This document shows, piece after piece, positions 62,159 to 64,000 of a DNA stretch of 64,000 nt. The notes beneath the pieces were generated by a model. It did not search any database. It was not told the origin of the DNA and saw only the letters and a list, made by a program, of their open reading frames with translations. Position 1 is the stretch's first letter. Every line of letters starts with the position of its first letter. Source of the DNA: the human T2T-CHM13v2.0 reference genome, Homo sapiens; assembly GCF_009914755.1 (NCBI RefSeq), contig NC_060947.1. The stretch is one strand, 5' to 3'. The translations under genes were made by a program, and so were the position numbers.

Positions 62159-64000
62159 TGAAAAATCTGGGTATTGAAGAAACACGCCTCAACACAATAA
62201 AAGCCACGTACGACAGACTCACAGCTGGTATCATACTAAATGGAGAAAAACTGAAAGCTTTTCCTCTAAGATCTGCAGTATGACAAGGATGCCCACTTTC
62301 ACCAGTGTTATTTGGCATATCACTAGAAGTCCTAGCTAGAGCAATCAGACAAGAAGAAATAAAGGGCATCTAAGTTGTAAAAGAAGAAGTCAAATTATCC
62401 TTGTTTGCAGATGATACAAACTTATATTTGGAAAAATCGAAAGACTCCACCAAAAAACTATTAGAATTGATAAATTCAGTAAAGTTGCAGGATACTAAAT
62501 CAACATACAAAACTTAGTAGCATTTTTATATGACAACAGTAAATAATCTGAAAAAGAAATCAAGAATGTAATCCTTGATTACAAGAGCTACAAATAAAAT
62601 AAAATAACTAGAAATTCATTTAACCAAAGAAGTGAGATTTCTACAATGAAAACTATAAAACACTGATGTAAGGAATTGAAGAGGACACCAAAAAAATAGG
62701 AAGATATTCTATGTTTATGGATTGGAGGAATCAATATTGTTAAATGTCCATACTATTCAAAGCTATCTATAGATTAAATGCAATCTCAATCAACATACCA
62801 ATAATATTCTTCACATAAATATAGAAAACAATCCTAAAATTTATATAGAATCACAAAAGACCCAGAATAGCCAAAGCTATCCTACTAATAAAGAACAAAA
62901 CTGGATTAATCACATTACCCAATTTCAAATTATACTATAGAGCTACAGTAACCTAAATAGCATGGCACTGGCATAAAAACAGACACATAGATGAATGTAA
63001 CAGAAAACAAAACCTAGAACTAAATCTATACATCTACAGTCAACTTATTTTTGACAAAGGTGGCAAGAAGATACGTTGGAGAAAACAGTCTTTTCAATAA
63101 ATGTCTGCTGGGAAAACTGGATATCCATATGCAGAAAAATGAAACTAGACCTCTATTTCTTGCCATATATAAAAATCAAATCAAAATGAATTAAAAACTT
63201 AAATCTAAGACCTCAAACTATGAAAAGACTAAAAACATTGGGGGAAACTCTCCAGCACATCAATCTGGGCAAAGATTTCTTGAGTAATCTTTGCAAGCAC
63301 AGGCATGGGCAACCTAAGAAAAAATGGATAAATGGGATCGCATCAAGTAAAAAATGTTCTTCACAGCAAAGGAAAAAAATCAACAAAGTAAAGAGACAAC
63401 CCACAGAATATATTTGTACACTATTCATCTCATAAGGGATTAATAACCAGAATATATATGGAGCTCAAACAATTCTATAGGAAAAAGTGTAATAATCCAA
63501 TTCAAAATGAGTAAAAGATCTGAAGTTTGAATAGATATTTCTCAAAAGAAGACATATAAGTTGCTAACAGTATATGAAAAGGTGCCCAACATCACTGATA
63601 TCAGAGAAATACAAATCAAAACTACAGTGAGATATCATCTCATGCCAGTTAAAATGACATTTATCCAAATGCTGGTGAGGATGTGGAGAAAATGGAACAC
63701 TGTTGGTGGGAATGTAAATTAGTACAACCACTATGGGAAAGTTTGGAGGTTCTGCAAAAAACTAAAAATAGAGCTATCATATGATCCAGCAATCTCATTG
63801 GTTGGTATATACCCAAAAGGAAGAAATCATTATATTGAAGGAGATATCTGCACTCCCATGTTTAGTGTAGCACTATTCACAATAGATAAGATTTGGAAGC
63901 AACCTAAATGTCCATCAATGATAGATTGGATTAAGAAAATGTGGTACATACACACTATGGAATACTATGCAGCCATAAAAAGGGTGAGTTCATGTCCTTT

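Overview
Eukaryotic (primate, almost certainly human Xq28) genomic DNA, with no prokaryotic features. The only protein-coding gene is the cancer-testis gene MAGEA8 on the + strand: non-coding exon 1 ~28890-28983, exon 2 31771-31832, exon 3 from 31908 with a single-exon 318-aa CDS at 31971-32927, and AATAAA at 33515. Its CpG-rich promoter looks bidirectional: three strong minus-strand splice acceptors upstream outline a spliced antisense lncRNA (probably MAGEA8-AS1). The promoter region also holds a perfect 11-bp hairpin between Ets-type sites, clustered CTCF/BORIS-like motifs and a perfect 6 x 13-bp CpG minisatellite. Most of the rest is nested transposable elements: a decayed MER34-like ERV1 provirus with a readable env TM remnant, a full-length old L1PA, two twin-primed 5'-inverted L1s, an L1PA with a ~440-bp 3' transduction, Alus, Tigger2a, Ricksha and MIRs. 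There is also an old tandem segmental duplication (35.4-47.4 kb vs 47.4-53.1 kb) and a 3.3-kb AT tract that is a hyper-expanded Alu tail bounded by a target-site duplication (TSD). Repeat subfamily names come from recalled consensus sequences and need RepeatMasker/Dfam confirmation. I see no convincing new multi-gene system; the best novelty candidates are regulatory or structural.
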